The translations under genes and the position numbers were made by a program. 64,000 nt of DNA from an uncultured delta proteobacterium (GTDB lineage Bacteria; Desulfobacterota; Binatia; UBA9968): contig CAWFJP010000029.1 in the NCBI GenBank assembly GCA_963816145.1, positions 1 to 64,000 of the forward strand. Direction: 5' to 3'. The notes under the pieces were generated by a model. It ran no database searches. It was not told where the DNA came from and saw only the letters and a program-made list of their open reading frames with translations. Position 1 is the first letter of the stretch, and each line of letters starts with the position of its first letter. Below are positions 1 to 9,830 of the stretch, piece after piece.

Positions 1-103
1 AGATAAATTATTATTACCAATTGTTTTCAGCAAGTTCAGGATTCAATTTTTGTTTAACAACTTCACTGCATTCTCATACATTTTTGGGTCGAGTGTTTCC
101 AGT

Positions 104-540
104 TCACTTGTCTGTGTTCCTTTCACTGTACGATCTTCTGTCAGCATTGATTTCCCCATCAGGAAGGTTCAACCAGATGGCCATACCAGCTTGTCTGAAC
201 GCGCTTAACGCCGATGCAATTGCCTCTTTTCCTCCTCGGTCAGATAAGACGAAGCTATTACCATCGCCCGTAGATAGTTTTTGTTCCTTCGGACCAATCT
301 TTTCCTTATATTCAACAAGTGTTCGCGGAGGAGTAAGCCCATAAATGTTCAGCGTGAAATGGCAATCAACAAGGCTAACATGTAAGTCGCGTAGGTCGGC
401 TCTTAATTTGTCTTTTAAAAAGTGGTCGACAAACCATCTCTCGTGTTCAACGAGGCTTCACTTGTTCCCGTAGGAAAGTGTTACTGCGACTCCCAAAAGT
501 GTGAAAGATCCATTCCCAGTGCCGGCCAAATAGCATCCAT
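104..540 (-). pseudogene. Degraded low-GC gene encoding a protein with one N-terminal TM segment
   Basis: Manual translation MDAIWPALGM//FTLLGVAVTLSYGNK*SLVEHERWFVDHFLKDKL...: one frameshift and an in-frame TGA at 458-460; AT-rich. Confidence 0.4.
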
Positions 541-923
541 GAATTAATCTACATTTATAATTCAAGGGAGCAGACCTCAGATGAGGCATACAAGAAAGAC
601 GTGAGGTCTAGGATTTGCCATGCCCAAATCAGATGTTTTTAAAAATTCGCCATGGTCTAAAGTGAGGAATTTAAAAGCAGAACACAGAAACTGAGCACCG
701 GAACGATTGTCCCGAAGAAATCGGAAATACGACTCAAGACTTCGAACAGTGCTGTCGGGTCAAACATCATGAATAATCTTGGTGGGACGAGCAAACACAC
801 GCTCTTGCGATAGGCACAATCTCCATCATTGGCTACTCGCCTCATTTAGATCTCTACACGATTTTCGCGTGGAAATCTCTCTCTCATTCCATATGCCTCA
901 GGCAGGAGATGAAGAAGGAATGA

Positions 924-1103
924 TCATTTCCAAGTACCGCCGTTTATGGCTTTTTTAATGTCATCCATTGTAGCCTTAACCGTCACTTCAGTGCCGCCTT
1001 TCAATTCTACAATCAAGTATCCGGGAGCGGCATCCCCCTTCACAAAGCCAAAATTGTCACGATTGATTTCTACCTCCTCATTGTTTTTGTTCTTAAATTG
1101 CAT
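924..1103 (-). CDS. Small hypothetical protein, 59 aa, absent from the ORF track
   Basis: GGAGA RBS, then ATG at 1103; MQFKNKNNEEVEINRDNFGFVKGDAAPGYLIVELKGGTEVTVKATMDDIKKAINGGTWK*. Confidence 0.6.
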   Translation of the reverse strand: MQFKNKNNEEVEINRDNFGFVKGDAAPGYLIVELKGGTEVTVKATMDDIKKAINGGTWK

Positions 1104-1115
1104 GGGTTTTCTCCA

Positions 1116-1250
1116 TTATCGTTCGAATACAATCCACCATAGCCCGTCAATTACAACTACCAGAATTGCCGCAAACAGACTATAGAGAAAAATGAATTCG
1201 CCCCAATTCCCTCTGTTAACGCTTGCCAACAAGCCAAACGCTCCAACTAA
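1116..1250 (-). pseudogene. 3' fragment of a membrane protein gene, truncated at the transposase-associated repeat
   Basis: Hydrophobic LVGAFGLLAS...FIFLYSLFAAILVVVIDGLWWIVFER*; no plausible start before the element end. Confidence 0.4.
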
Positions 1251-1258
1251 GTGGGCAT

Positions 1259-1470
1259 TGGGGCCTGCGTATTGATTTAATCTCAGGGCTCCTGCTAGCT
1301 TTCGCTCCATGGCACGCAAGCCCAGAGTCGAGTATGACGGAGCGTTCTACCATGTGATTGTCCGCGGCAATCAACAGCAGCGAACTTTTCATGATGACCA
1401 GGACCGCATCGCCTACCTGGAACGACTGGAACATTATCGCCAGCGTTATGGATTTCGGCTCTACGCCTAC
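1259..1470 (+). pseudogene. Truncated duplicate of the Y1 transposase 5' end, with a degenerate left repeat
   Basis: 1309-1470 encodes the same first ~54 aa as 1541-1700 with synonymous differences; upstream ggggcctgcgtattgattta resembles caggcctgagtattgactta. Confidence 0.85.
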
Positions 1471-1487
1471 GTCTGGCAAAAGGCATG

Positions 1488-2493
1488 GGGTCAGGCCTGA
1501 GTATTGACTTAATGTCTTCTCTTCTGCTAGTTTTCGCTCCATGGCACGCAAGCCCAGAGTCGAGTATGACGGCGCGTTCTACCATGTGATTGTCCGCGGC
1601 AATCAACAGCAGCGAACTTTTCATGATGACCAGGACCGCATCGCCTACCTGGAACGCCTGGAGCATTATCGCCAGCGCTACGGATTTCGCCTGTACGCCT
1701 TCTGCTTGATGTCCAACCACGTCCATTTGCTGCTCGAAACCAAAAGCGTGCCGCTTTCCAAGATCATGCAAGGGATCCAGTTCAGCTACACCCAAAGATA
1801 CAACCGGCGCCATCGCAAGGTCGGCCATCTGTTTCAAGGCCGTTACAAAGCGATACTGTGCGATCGAGATGCGTATTTGCTTGAACTGGTGCGCTATATT
1901 CATCTCAATCCCGAACGGTTGAAAGTGCCCGTCGATCCGTGGCGGTACCGATGGAGCAGTGTCGGCGCATACCTGGGTAGGATCGGTCCGGTCAAAGTCG
2001 ATACGCAGGAGGTCCTCCGCCAATTCGGCAGCCAAGTTGGGACGGCCCGGCGGGCGTACCAGAGATTTATCGAAGAGGGGATGAAGCAGGGGCATGACGA
2101 GAAGTACTACCAGACCGTCGACCAACGCTTTCTCGGCGAGGATAGTTTTGTCCAAGAGGTAGCCCAGCGCACCGAAGCGAAGGAGATCGAGATAAAAGGG
2201 AAGAGGGCAAGTTTTGCCCGGCTGTTAGAAGCGGTCTGCGCGTTGCGTAAGGTGGACAGTAAAGCGTTGTTGCAGGCGGGACGACAGCGGCAGTGGGTGG
2301 CGGCCAGAGCGCAGCTGGTTTATCTGGCGCGGGAGTGGAGCGAGATAACGACCAAGGAGTTGGGGCGGCGGCTGCATCGGGACGCGTCGATGATTAGCCG
2401 GTTGTACGGTTGGTACCAGGGGCATCGCGATAAACAAACGGAAGAGAGGCTGGCCGGTGAACTGGCTAAATAGTCAATACTCAGGCTTGACCC
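1488..2493 (+). mobile_element. Y1 HUH transposase element bounded by 22-bp inverted repeats (STIR-type)
   Basis: gggtcaggcctgagtattgact (1488-1509) vs agtcaatactcaggcttgaccc (2472-2493), one mismatch. Confidence 0.75.
1541..2473 (+). CDS. REP-associated tyrosine transposase-like (Y1_Tnp) protein with C-terminal DnaA-C-like HTH
   Basis: YHVIVRGN, CLMSNHVHLL (HUH), GHLFQGRYK, YIHLNP, YRWSS motifs; C-terminal AR..LVYLARE...ELGRRLHRD. Confidence 0.9.
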   Translation: MARKPRVEYDGAFYHVIVRGNQQQRTFHDDQDRIAYLERLEHYRQRYGFRLYAFCLMSNHVHLLLETKSVPLSKIMQGIQFSYTQRYNRRHRKVGHLFQGRYKAILCDRDAYLLELVRYIHLNPERLKVPVDPWRYRWSSVGAYLGRIGPVKVDTQEVLRQFGSQVGTARRAYQRFIEEGMKQGHDEKYYQTVDQRFLGEDSFVQEVAQRTEAKEIEIKGKRASFARLLEAVCALRKVDSKALLQAGRQRQWVAARAQLVYLAREWSEITTKELGRRLHRDASMISRLYGWYQGHRDKQTEERLAGELAK

Positions 2494-2592
2494 TGTAGCT
2501 GCTTTAGCTGTGACGGGCGTTGGGTGAGGGGGGAAAGGCGTAAAGCTTCATGATTTCTTTCTCCTGTAAGAAGATAACTATCTGCCGGAAAC

Positions 2593-3195
2593 TTATGCTG
2601 CGCGCCGAGGCTGGCGAGGTCCTTTGTCCTGAACCAGCACCGAGAGTTCATCCGTGTCGATATCGTAGACGCAGCCGTAGATGTCGAGGTGTTTGGGAGT
2701 GCCCCGCGATGCTCTCACCAGGCGGCTGTCGTGCTCGAGCGACGCTGCATAGTCGCTGATACAGATGCTCGCGCGCTCGTAGAGATCCGAGATATCGCTG
2801 TCATGCTCGTTCTTGTAAGCATCGACGATGCCGTCAGCCGTAAAACTTGTCGCACCGCAATTCGTGTGATGCACGATAACGATATTCTTGATGCCGAAAA
2901 GATGTTGCGCCACCGTGATTGAGCGGAGCGCATCGATGGCTCGGCCACCGGCGACGACGACCTCGAAAAGCGTTGTCGTCGATGCGATCTTTTTGCCCTG
3001 CGAATCCGTGATGATTTTCCCGGGATACACCTCGCCGAACTGCCGAGCGACGGCAGCCGGGATGCCAACGGCGCGCGGGTCATAGCAGTAAACGACGACC
3101 GTTCGCAAGGGAACCGCCTTGGCGAATTCCTTGCGCATCGTCGGTTCGTCGAAGCCCGGCTGTTGCGAAAACACGTAAGCGTCAAAATTTTTCAT
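2593..3195 (-). CDS. Beta-class carbonic anhydrase
   Basis: CYDPR and HTNCG zinc ligands, AGGR, GCVYDIDT. Confidence 0.85.
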   Translation of the reverse strand: MKNFDAYVFSQQPGFDEPTMRKEFAKAVPLRTVVVYCYDPRAVGIPAAVARQFGEVYPGKIITDSQGKKIASTTTLFEVVVAGGRAIDALRSITVAQHLFGIKNIVIVHHTNCGATSFTADGIVDAYKNEHDSDISDLYERASICISDYAASLEHDSRLVRASRGTPKHLDIYGCVYDIDTDELSVLVQDKGPRQPRRAA

Positions 3196-3470
3196 AGTCT
3201 CCTCCGTAAATAATGGCAGCGTCGTTTACAGTATCCATTCCATAAATCGCCGATCAGGATTCGTAACCGACGCACCGTGCACGGCTTGGTGTCACGCCGC
3301 GCGTCTCCCAGCCGGCTTATTCGTCAATTTCCATACCTGAAGAAACCTGCGGCAGATTCTCTTGCTCCGTTGCCCAACGGCTGAAATCGCGCCGACAAAG
3401 TTATCCAGGAGGAAAGATCGAGCCCAACTGGCTCGGAACTGAAATGAACCTGGTTAACTAAGCAACTCCT

Positions 3471-4859
3471 TCATCCCGCCGGCTTGATATTCTGGTTCAT
3501 CCGGAAAAAATTCGTCGGGTCGTATTTCTTCTTGATCTCGAGCAGCCGGCTGTAAGTCGCGCCATAGGCGAAGGCGACGCGGTCGCTTTCATCCTCGGTC
3601 AAGAAATTGATATAGGCGCCGCCGCTGGCGAACGGCTGGGATGCCGCGAAGAATTCGCGCGCCCATGCGATACCGCGCTGGTCATCATCGGGCGACTCCC
3701 AGCGCCCGTGCACATTGATCACATAATTGACGTCACGGTTCGAGTAGGCCATCGCCTCGGGAGCCACGCGACTTGTCTGGCCGCCGAGCGTCGCGACAAA
3801 AATCTCGCACTGGGCCGACGGCAGCTTGCCGGCGTATCTAATGATCGCGTCGATGGCGCCGTCACTTAGCCGGGTCAAATTGTGCGACTTCCAGTAATTG
3901 CGCGCACCGCGCGCCAAGAGCGGATCGAAGGCCTGCTCCCAGGCCGTGTACGGCTGGACACCGATGTGTTCGCCATGCGCCGTGCCGAACCGGCGCAGCG
4001 GTGCGATCAGTTTCTCACCCTCGGCGGCGTCACCTGTGTAGCACAGGGCGAGCGCTATGATTTCTTTGCCGTGGACATTCTCGGGGAGAAAAGGCAGCGG
4101 CGGCGCTTTCCGCGCAACCATCCAGACGTTGAGTTCGTCCGGCATCGACTCGGTAAAACCGGCGAACTGCTGCAGCACCGATCTCGCCTGCTCGAACGGG
4201 AAAACCATGAGCCCGCTCAGCAAGTCCGGGCCGACGCGATGGAGCTGGAATTCAAAACGGCTGACGATACCGAAATTGCCGCCGCCGCCGCGCAGTCCCC
4301 AGAACAGGTCGGCGTTTTCGGTTTCGCTGGCGCGCACCGCAGTGCCATCGGCGAGGACTATATCCGCACCGAGCAGGTTATCGACTGTCATACCGTACTT
4401 CCGACTGAGCCAGCCAAAGCCGCCGCCAAGCGTCAGACCCGCGACGCCCGTGGTCGAATTTATGCCCAGCGGTGTGGCGAGACCGTGTTTCTGAGCAGCC
4501 GCGTCGAAGTCGGCGAGAGTGCAGCCGGGCTCGACGGTCGCGCGCCCGACGTTCGGTCGCACCTGCACGTTTTTCATTAAGGACAGGTCGATCATTAGAC
4601 CATCGTTGCAGACGGCGTTGCCCGCGATGTTGTGGCCACCGCCGCGGATCGATACGAGCAGGTTGTTGATGCGCGCGAATTTAACCGCCTGGACGATATC
4701 TTCCGGCGAGACGCAGCGAGCGATCAGCGCGGGCCTGCGGTCGATCATCGCGTTCCAGATCTGGCGCACGTCGTCGTAGTTCACGTCGCCGGGGAGCAGC
4801 ACTTCTCCGCTGAATCGCGACCTGAATTCACGGGTTTTTGATTTTTCTAAAGCCTTCAT
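3471..4859 (-). CDS. FAD-linked oxidoreductase (FAD_binding_4 + BBE domain)
   Basis: RGGGHN, GLTLGGGFG, LFWGLRGGGGNFG, YINF...KYDPTNFF; start taken at MKALEK after GGAGAGG. Confidence 0.9.
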   Translation of the reverse strand: MKALEKSKTREFRSRFSGEVLLPGDVNYDDVRQIWNAMIDRRPALIARCVSPEDIVQAVKFARINNLLVSIRGGGHNIAGNAVCNDGLMIDLSLMKNVQVRPNVGRATVEPGCTLADFDAAAQKHGLATPLGINSTTGVAGLTLGGGFGWLSRKYGMTVDNLLGADIVLADGTAVRASETENADLFWGLRGGGGNFGIVSRFEFQLHRVGPDLLSGLMVFPFEQARSVLQQFAGFTESMPDELNVWMVARKAPPLPFLPENVHGKEIIALALCYTGDAAEGEKLIAPLRRFGTAHGEHIGVQPYTAWEQAFDPLLARGARNYWKSHNLTRLSDGAIDAIIRYAGKLPSAQCEIFVATLGGQTSRVAPEAMAYSNRDVNYVINVHGRWESPDDDQRGIAWAREFFAASQPFASGGAYINFLTEDESDRVAFAYGATYSRLLEIKKKYDPTNFFRMNQNIKPAG

Positions 4860-5008
4860 GGTCCTCTCCGTTCGAATTTTGTTTTTTTTCGCCTTGCGAT
4901 GCAGCAGCATTTGGAAAGATCTCAATTGCGCGAACTATGCCAAATTCACAGCATGGCAGTTCACCTTAAAAAATCGCAACTTACTGAGATATGGCAGAAC
5001 AAACAAAC

Positions 5009-5039
5009 CACGGGATTTCGTGAATTACGAAAATCCGTG
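5009..5039. promoter_or_regulatory. Imperfect inverted repeat in a divergent intergenic region, possible operator
   Basis: cacgggatttcgt-gaatt-acgaaaatccgtg, 11/13 arm match. Confidence 0.3.
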
Positions 5040-5227
5040 AGCAGAAACGATGAATTTTCGTGAGTCGCCCTAGCGTTGACGCTCGATACCGAGCGCTCTG
5101 ATCGTGAACTGAGGGTCGTCGGTTTGATGCCAACAAAGAAGATGAGCAAAGAAGCCTCGCTATGGACAGAAGCGGGAGAAATAGACTACTGATAGGTCGG
5201 GGTAAGTTGGTCAAAAGGAGTGAATAG

Positions 5228-6232
5228 ATGAGAATTGAATCCCGCCTGCGTGCTGCGATCTTGTTGTTACTTTTCGGGATCGGCCTCGACGTTCCGCCCT
5301 CGTCAGCGCAGGAAAAAAAGACCATCCGGTTCGTTACCGTCAGTCTCGGTTGGAATTCCGCCCTGCCGTTTCGCGTTACGATTGCGCGCGGTTTTTTCAA
5401 GCAGCAAGGACTGCAGGTCGAGCCGATTCTTATTCGCGGCGGGCCGGCAGCCATCGCGGCTCTCGCCTCGGGCGAAGTCGATTTTGCCGGCATCGGCGGC
5501 GCCCAAGCGGTATTCCGGAGCCGCGCGCGCGGCTTGGACCTGACGATCATCGGCTGCACATCGAACACGACGAACTATATTCTGCTCGGTCACAAGAAGA
5601 TTCGCACCGTCGAAGACCTCAAAGGCAAAATTATCGGCACCACCGGCGCCGGGAGTTTTTCCGATTTTGCGGTGCGGGCGTTCCTGAAAAAACATAACAT
5701 CAACCCGGACAAAGACGTTTTCCTGCGCAGCATCGGGGACACACCGCTGCGTGCGGCAGCCATCGAAAAGGGCATCATCGCTGCGGCTCCGTTCGGAAGC
5801 GAAGAAGCGGTGCGTCTGTTGAAGGCGGGCTATTCGCTGATCAGCAACTTCAGCGAATCGTTGGGAGTCCCGCAGAACGTTCTCGTCACGCGCAGCGAAG
5901 TGCTGGAAAAGTTTCCGGAGACCAGCAAGCGCACACTGAAGGCATATATCCAAGGCATGCAGATCGCGAAATTCAACAAGAAGGACGCAATTAAGGCGGG
6001 CTACGAATCCGGGCTGACAGGAGATCCGGAAGTGGTTAACGCCTCGTGGGATCTTTACTCACCCGGCCTGACCGGCGATCTCTCGATTGCGACCGCAGGC
6101 CTCCAGCAGATGCTCGACGAAGACGTCCGCACCGGCCTGATCGACAAGAGCTTCACACTCGATCGAGTGATCAACGACCGCATCCTGAAACTCGCTCAGC
6201 AGGAACTGAAAGCGGAGGGCAAACTCAGGTAG
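5228..6232 (+). CDS. ABC substrate-binding protein, NMT1/THI5/SsuA-like
   Basis: Signal peptide; GFFKQQGLQVE, ALASGEVDF, VEDLKGK. Confidence 0.85.
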   Translation: MRIESRLRAAILLLLFGIGLDVPPSSAQEKKTIRFVTVSLGWNSALPFRVTIARGFFKQQGLQVEPILIRGGPAAIAALASGEVDFAGIGGAQAVFRSRARGLDLTIIGCTSNTTNYILLGHKKIRTVEDLKGKIIGTTGAGSFSDFAVRAFLKKHNINPDKDVFLRSIGDTPLRAAAIEKGIIAAAPFGSEEAVRLLKAGYSLISNFSESLGVPQNVLVTRSEVLEKFPETSKRTLKAYIQGMQIAKFNKKDAIKAGYESGLTGDPEVVNASWDLYSPGLTGDLSIATAGLQQMLDEDVRTGLIDKSFTLDRVINDRILKLAQQELKAEGKLR

Positions 6233-6357
6233 TGATGCATCCCCCACAGGCACTCTAGAATTCAACTCCACAACTTCTTGCTCGCGATCGCCGCGCCCTC
6301 AGCCGTCCAATAGCGATGATGTGAGCTGGCCCGGATTTGACGCGCACCGTCTGGGAA

Positions 6358-7362
6358 CTATTTTTTATACAGGGCGCTGATAAATCCGCTCTGGTCGATC
6401 CGTCGGACGAACGATGGATCGACGATGAGATTCGGATCGGTTTGTTTTGCTTGCGGGTAGTGCACGGAAATCATATCCAGCGCATTGGCAATCACCTGCG
6501 GCGAAGGTGCCGGCACCGACTCAAGTCCCGCGACGGTGTGTTGATAGGTGTCTTCGAGGAGTTCCTCGCTCGCGCCGCGCATGTATTTCCGCCAAACGGC
6601 GAAACTCTTTTGTTTGTTGCTTTTGAAAATCGCCACCGACTCGATGAGAGCCTTCAAAACTCTCTCGATCATCTGTGGGTTCTTTGCAATCGTGGTTCTG
6701 AGAACGGTTACGGCGTGCTGCGGATAGGTCAATCCGAGGGCGTCATAGTTGACCAGCTCGAAAAATCCCTTGCTCTTAGCCAAGAAGCTCGCCGGAACCG
6801 ATAACGAAGTTGCGTCGACGACGCCCCGCTCCAAAGCTTGCAGCATAAGCGGCGGTTCGCCGATCGGCATGAGCTTTACATCCCGATCGGGAGAGAGTCC
6901 CCATTTGCGTGTCATCACGTAACGAACCAAGATGTCGTTGAGCGCGCCTGGCCGTCCCGTGGCGACCAGCTTGCCTTTCAGGTCTTCGGGCTTTTTGATT
7001 TCGCTTTTGGAGAAAATGCCGCCGCCGAGTTTGTTGGAGAGCAGCGCCACGATCACCTGGTCCTTGACACCGAGAACATGCGAAGTCATGGCGCCGCTTC
7101 CCGAGGCAATCACGAGGGGAGTTTCGCCGCTGGCGAGCAGTTGCTGCGGACGGACTCTGCCGGCATAAACGGCTCTCAGGTCCACGCCGTACTTTTTACC
7201 CACGCCATCCTCGACGGCGAGCCATAATGGCCCGTAATATCCCGAGAAGGAAGAAAACCCGATAGTGACGCTGTCGAGCTGCGCGGCGGCGAATCCGGCC
7301 GACACGCAACCCATCCAGGCAAGAAGGAAGCTCACAGCGAGCATATTTTTCTTAAACGCCAT
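6358..7362 (-). CDS. ABC substrate-binding protein, NMT1/SsuA-like
   Basis: Signal peptide; PEDLKGK, PDRDV, QSGFISALY C-terminus. Confidence 0.85.
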   Translation of the reverse strand: MAFKKNMLAVSFLLAWMGCVSAGFAAAQLDSVTIGFSSFSGYYGPLWLAVEDGVGKKYGVDLRAVYAGRVRPQQLLASGETPLVIASGSGAMTSHVLGVKDQVIVALLSNKLGGGIFSKSEIKKPEDLKGKLVATGRPGALNDILVRYVMTRKWGLSPDRDVKLMPIGEPPLMLQALERGVVDATSLSVPASFLAKSKGFFELVNYDALGLTYPQHAVTVLRTTIAKNPQMIERVLKALIESVAIFKSNKQKSFAVWRKYMRGASEELLEDTYQHTVAGLESVPAPSPQVIANALDMISVHYPQAKQTDPNLIVDPSFVRRIDQSGFISALYKK

Positions 7363-7545
7363 AGTACCTCATCTGTGAAATTAACTCGGAGTTGCGACGG
7401 TGATCGAACAGTCGGTTCTGGGGTCACATCCTGCAAGCACATATTCCCGCTTCGCTCTCGGATCCGTCCGAGGTGTCGTTTCCGTCGAAAACACCGCGAT
7501 GCCGTGTCCGATAGACGAGAGGAGAGCGACGCAAACTTCGCCGGA

Positions 7546-8625
7546 CTAATTCCCCTTTACGCTTTTCAGAAAGCCGCTTTGCTCGAGCTCTCTGACAAAC
7601 TGCAAATCCACCACAGATTTTGTGTCGAAGTCGCGCAGCTTCGGATTGCGCTGGGCAAGTTCCTTGGCGACGAGATCGAAACCTTCGGTCGGCGGCATAG
7701 GAACCTCGTTATACAGACGCCGGGCGGCATCGAAGGCGGCGCCCATTACCTCGCGATTCTGGAAACGCGCGTAGCGGGAGATAATCGCCAGCGAGCCTTC
7801 TCTGTTCGTCTTCAAATAGTGTAATGCCTGCGCCAGGGCTTTTACGTAGCGCAGCACGGTGTCACGCTTCTCCTTGACGTAGCGCTCGCTTGTCACGGCG
7901 CCGCCCATCGGGAAGGGGGTTTTGCTGGCGACGTAATCGACGAGAACCTTATAGCCGAGGCGCTTCGCCTGCTGAAGCTCGAGATCCTGAGCGACCATGA
8001 ACTGAGCGACGCCCGCCGACATCGCCTGCAAACGCATCGGCGTGTTGCCGATGGCGCGGAGCGAAACGTCGCGATCCGGATCCAGCCCGAGCGCTTTCAG
8101 GCCGATGCGCATCACGGTGTCGGCCGCGGTTCCGGGCATATGATTGGCGCCCACTTTGCCCTTCAGGTCCGCCGGAGAATTGATCGAGCTGTCGGCGATC
8201 AGATAGTACGGCATTACGTTGATGTAACCCGCGACGATGACCACGGGCGATCCGGCCGCGCGGGCGTTGAGCGTTGCCGGACCGGTGGATTCGACGATCT
8301 GCGCCTCTCCCGCGATGAGCGTCTGCATGGTGCGCGGGCTGCCCTCGACAAACACGATCTTCACGTCGAGTCCTTGCCGCTCAAAGAAACCCGCGTCCTT
8401 GGCGATCCAAAGCGGGGTGGAGCTGCCGATGGTCACGGATTGATAGGTAGTCGTCACCTGATCGGCGGCACGCGCGGCCGCAGCGGTAGCGGCGAGAAAA
8501 ATCAGCGCGACAACAATTCCATTGAAATGAGCGCTTGTCGCGCGCCAGTGCGTCGGCGCAAAGCAGAATCTTAATCTGATGCGGTCTTTTTCTATCGGCA
8601 TAAGAGGCCAAATACTCCAGTACAA
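7546..8625 (-). CDS. ABC substrate-binding protein, NMT1/SsuA-like (start uncertain)
   Basis: PLWIAKDAGFFERQGLDV, PADLKGK, ELEQSGFL. Confidence 0.85.
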   Translation of the reverse strand: MYWSIWPLMPIEKDRIRLRFCFAPTHWRATSAHFNGIVVALIFLAATAAAARAADQVTTTYQSVTIGSSTPLWIAKDAGFFERQGLDVKIVFVEGSPRTMQTLIAGEAQIVESTGPATLNARAAGSPVVIVAGYINVMPYYLIADSSINSPADLKGKVGANHMPGTAADTVMRIGLKALGLDPDRDVSLRAIGNTPMRLQAMSAGVAQFMVAQDLELQQAKRLGYKVLVDYVASKTPFPMGGAVTSERYVKEKRDTVLRYVKALAQALHYLKTNREGSLAIISRYARFQNREVMGAAFDAARRLYNEVPMPPTEGFDLVAKELAQRNPKLRDFDTKSVVDLQFVRELEQSGFLKSVKGN

Positions 8626-8912
8626 AAGGAAAGTCTACGCCTGCTCCCCGTTTGAATTGTTGGGCCGTTCTCCCGGCCACCGGCACCTCCCGGCTGCGCG
8701 ACTAATTAGCTTTGCGATTGACTGCCGGCGTTATCGGTCGCCCAGGCAAGGCGATTTTTAGCGCTGAAAGGCAGCATTAGCGGCCATCGTTTCAATTCCG
8801 GCCTCGGCAATCCGCCGACGACTTGGGGATAATATTCGAATGTGACAACCACTGAATCGATTTTGGTTCTGGCGATCGTATCCAAGCGCTGCCCCAAGCT
8901 GCAAGCAGGCGA

Positions 8913-9686
8913 TTATCGCGATGCGACGATGAACAAGCGCGGAAACCGAAGCAGGACTTTGCCATCGTAGCGGGCTGGATACGCCCTGGCGATCCGGGCG
9001 GTATATTCGGTCAGGAAAGCCGCTCGCGCCGTGTCATCGAGCGCGTCGAGGAATGGCCGCAACGCCGAGCCCTTGAACCACTCGACAATCGCCTCTGGCC
9101 CGGCCATGACGTGATTGTAGACGATGTGCCAGACGTCGAGATGGCGGGCGAGCGGCCGCAACAAATCGTAGTAGTCTCCTGGCCTCGGCAGGTCACCGCG
9201 CGTAGCATTCTCGAGTGCCGGGTGGCCCGCGTAGGGCCCGCGCTCCGTCACTTCCCGCATTAGCGCGAGTGCCGGCTCGTTGGTATTGTCCGGCATCTGT
9301 ACGGCAAGCACGCCGGAGGACGGCAGCGCGTTGAGCAGTCGCGCTAGCACCGCCGGATGGTCAGGCACCCACTGAAACACCGCATTGGCGAACAAAAGAT
9401 CGGTACGCTCCGGCGGATTCCAAGTCACAAGATCACCCTGCACGAAGCTGCGGCCGGGTAAGCGCTCGCGCGCCTGGCGCAGCATGTCGGACGAAGCATC
9501 GAGCCCGATCACCTCGGCTTCGGGAAATCGCTCGATCAGAAGCTCGGTGGAATTGCCCGGCCCGCAGCCGAGATCGAAGACGCGCGCGGCGTGATCCAGC
9601 GGCACCTGGGCGAGAAGATCGCGCGAGGGCCGAGTGCGATCGTCTTCAAACTTGAGATATTGCCGAGCGGACCAGTCGTTCATCAT
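8913..9686 (-). CDS. tam: Trans-aconitate 2-methyltransferase
   Basis: [50 protein letters not shown]. Confidence 0.92.
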   Translation of the reverse strand: MMNDWSARQYLKFEDDRTRPSRDLLAQVPLDHAARVFDLGCGPGNSTELLIERFPEAEVIGLDASSDMLRQARERLPGRSFVQGDLVTWNPPERTDLLFANAVFQWVPDHPAVLARLLNALPSSGVLAVQMPDNTNEPALALMREVTERGPYAGHPALENATRGDLPRPGDYYDLLRPLARHLDVWHIVYNHVMAGPEAIVEWFKGSALRPFLDALDDTARAAFLTEYTARIARAYPARYDGKVLLRFPRLFIVASR

Positions 9687-9830
9687 CGCGATGTCTAGAA
9701 ATTAAAGAACCTTTTCCGACAATGATATACCCCCGCAGCGCCGAGCGCGTCAAATCGAACAGACTATAGAAGAGTGTCAGCGCCAAAAAGCAGCCAACGG
9801 AGTCAGACCCCAATCGGTTCCCGCTTCGCC

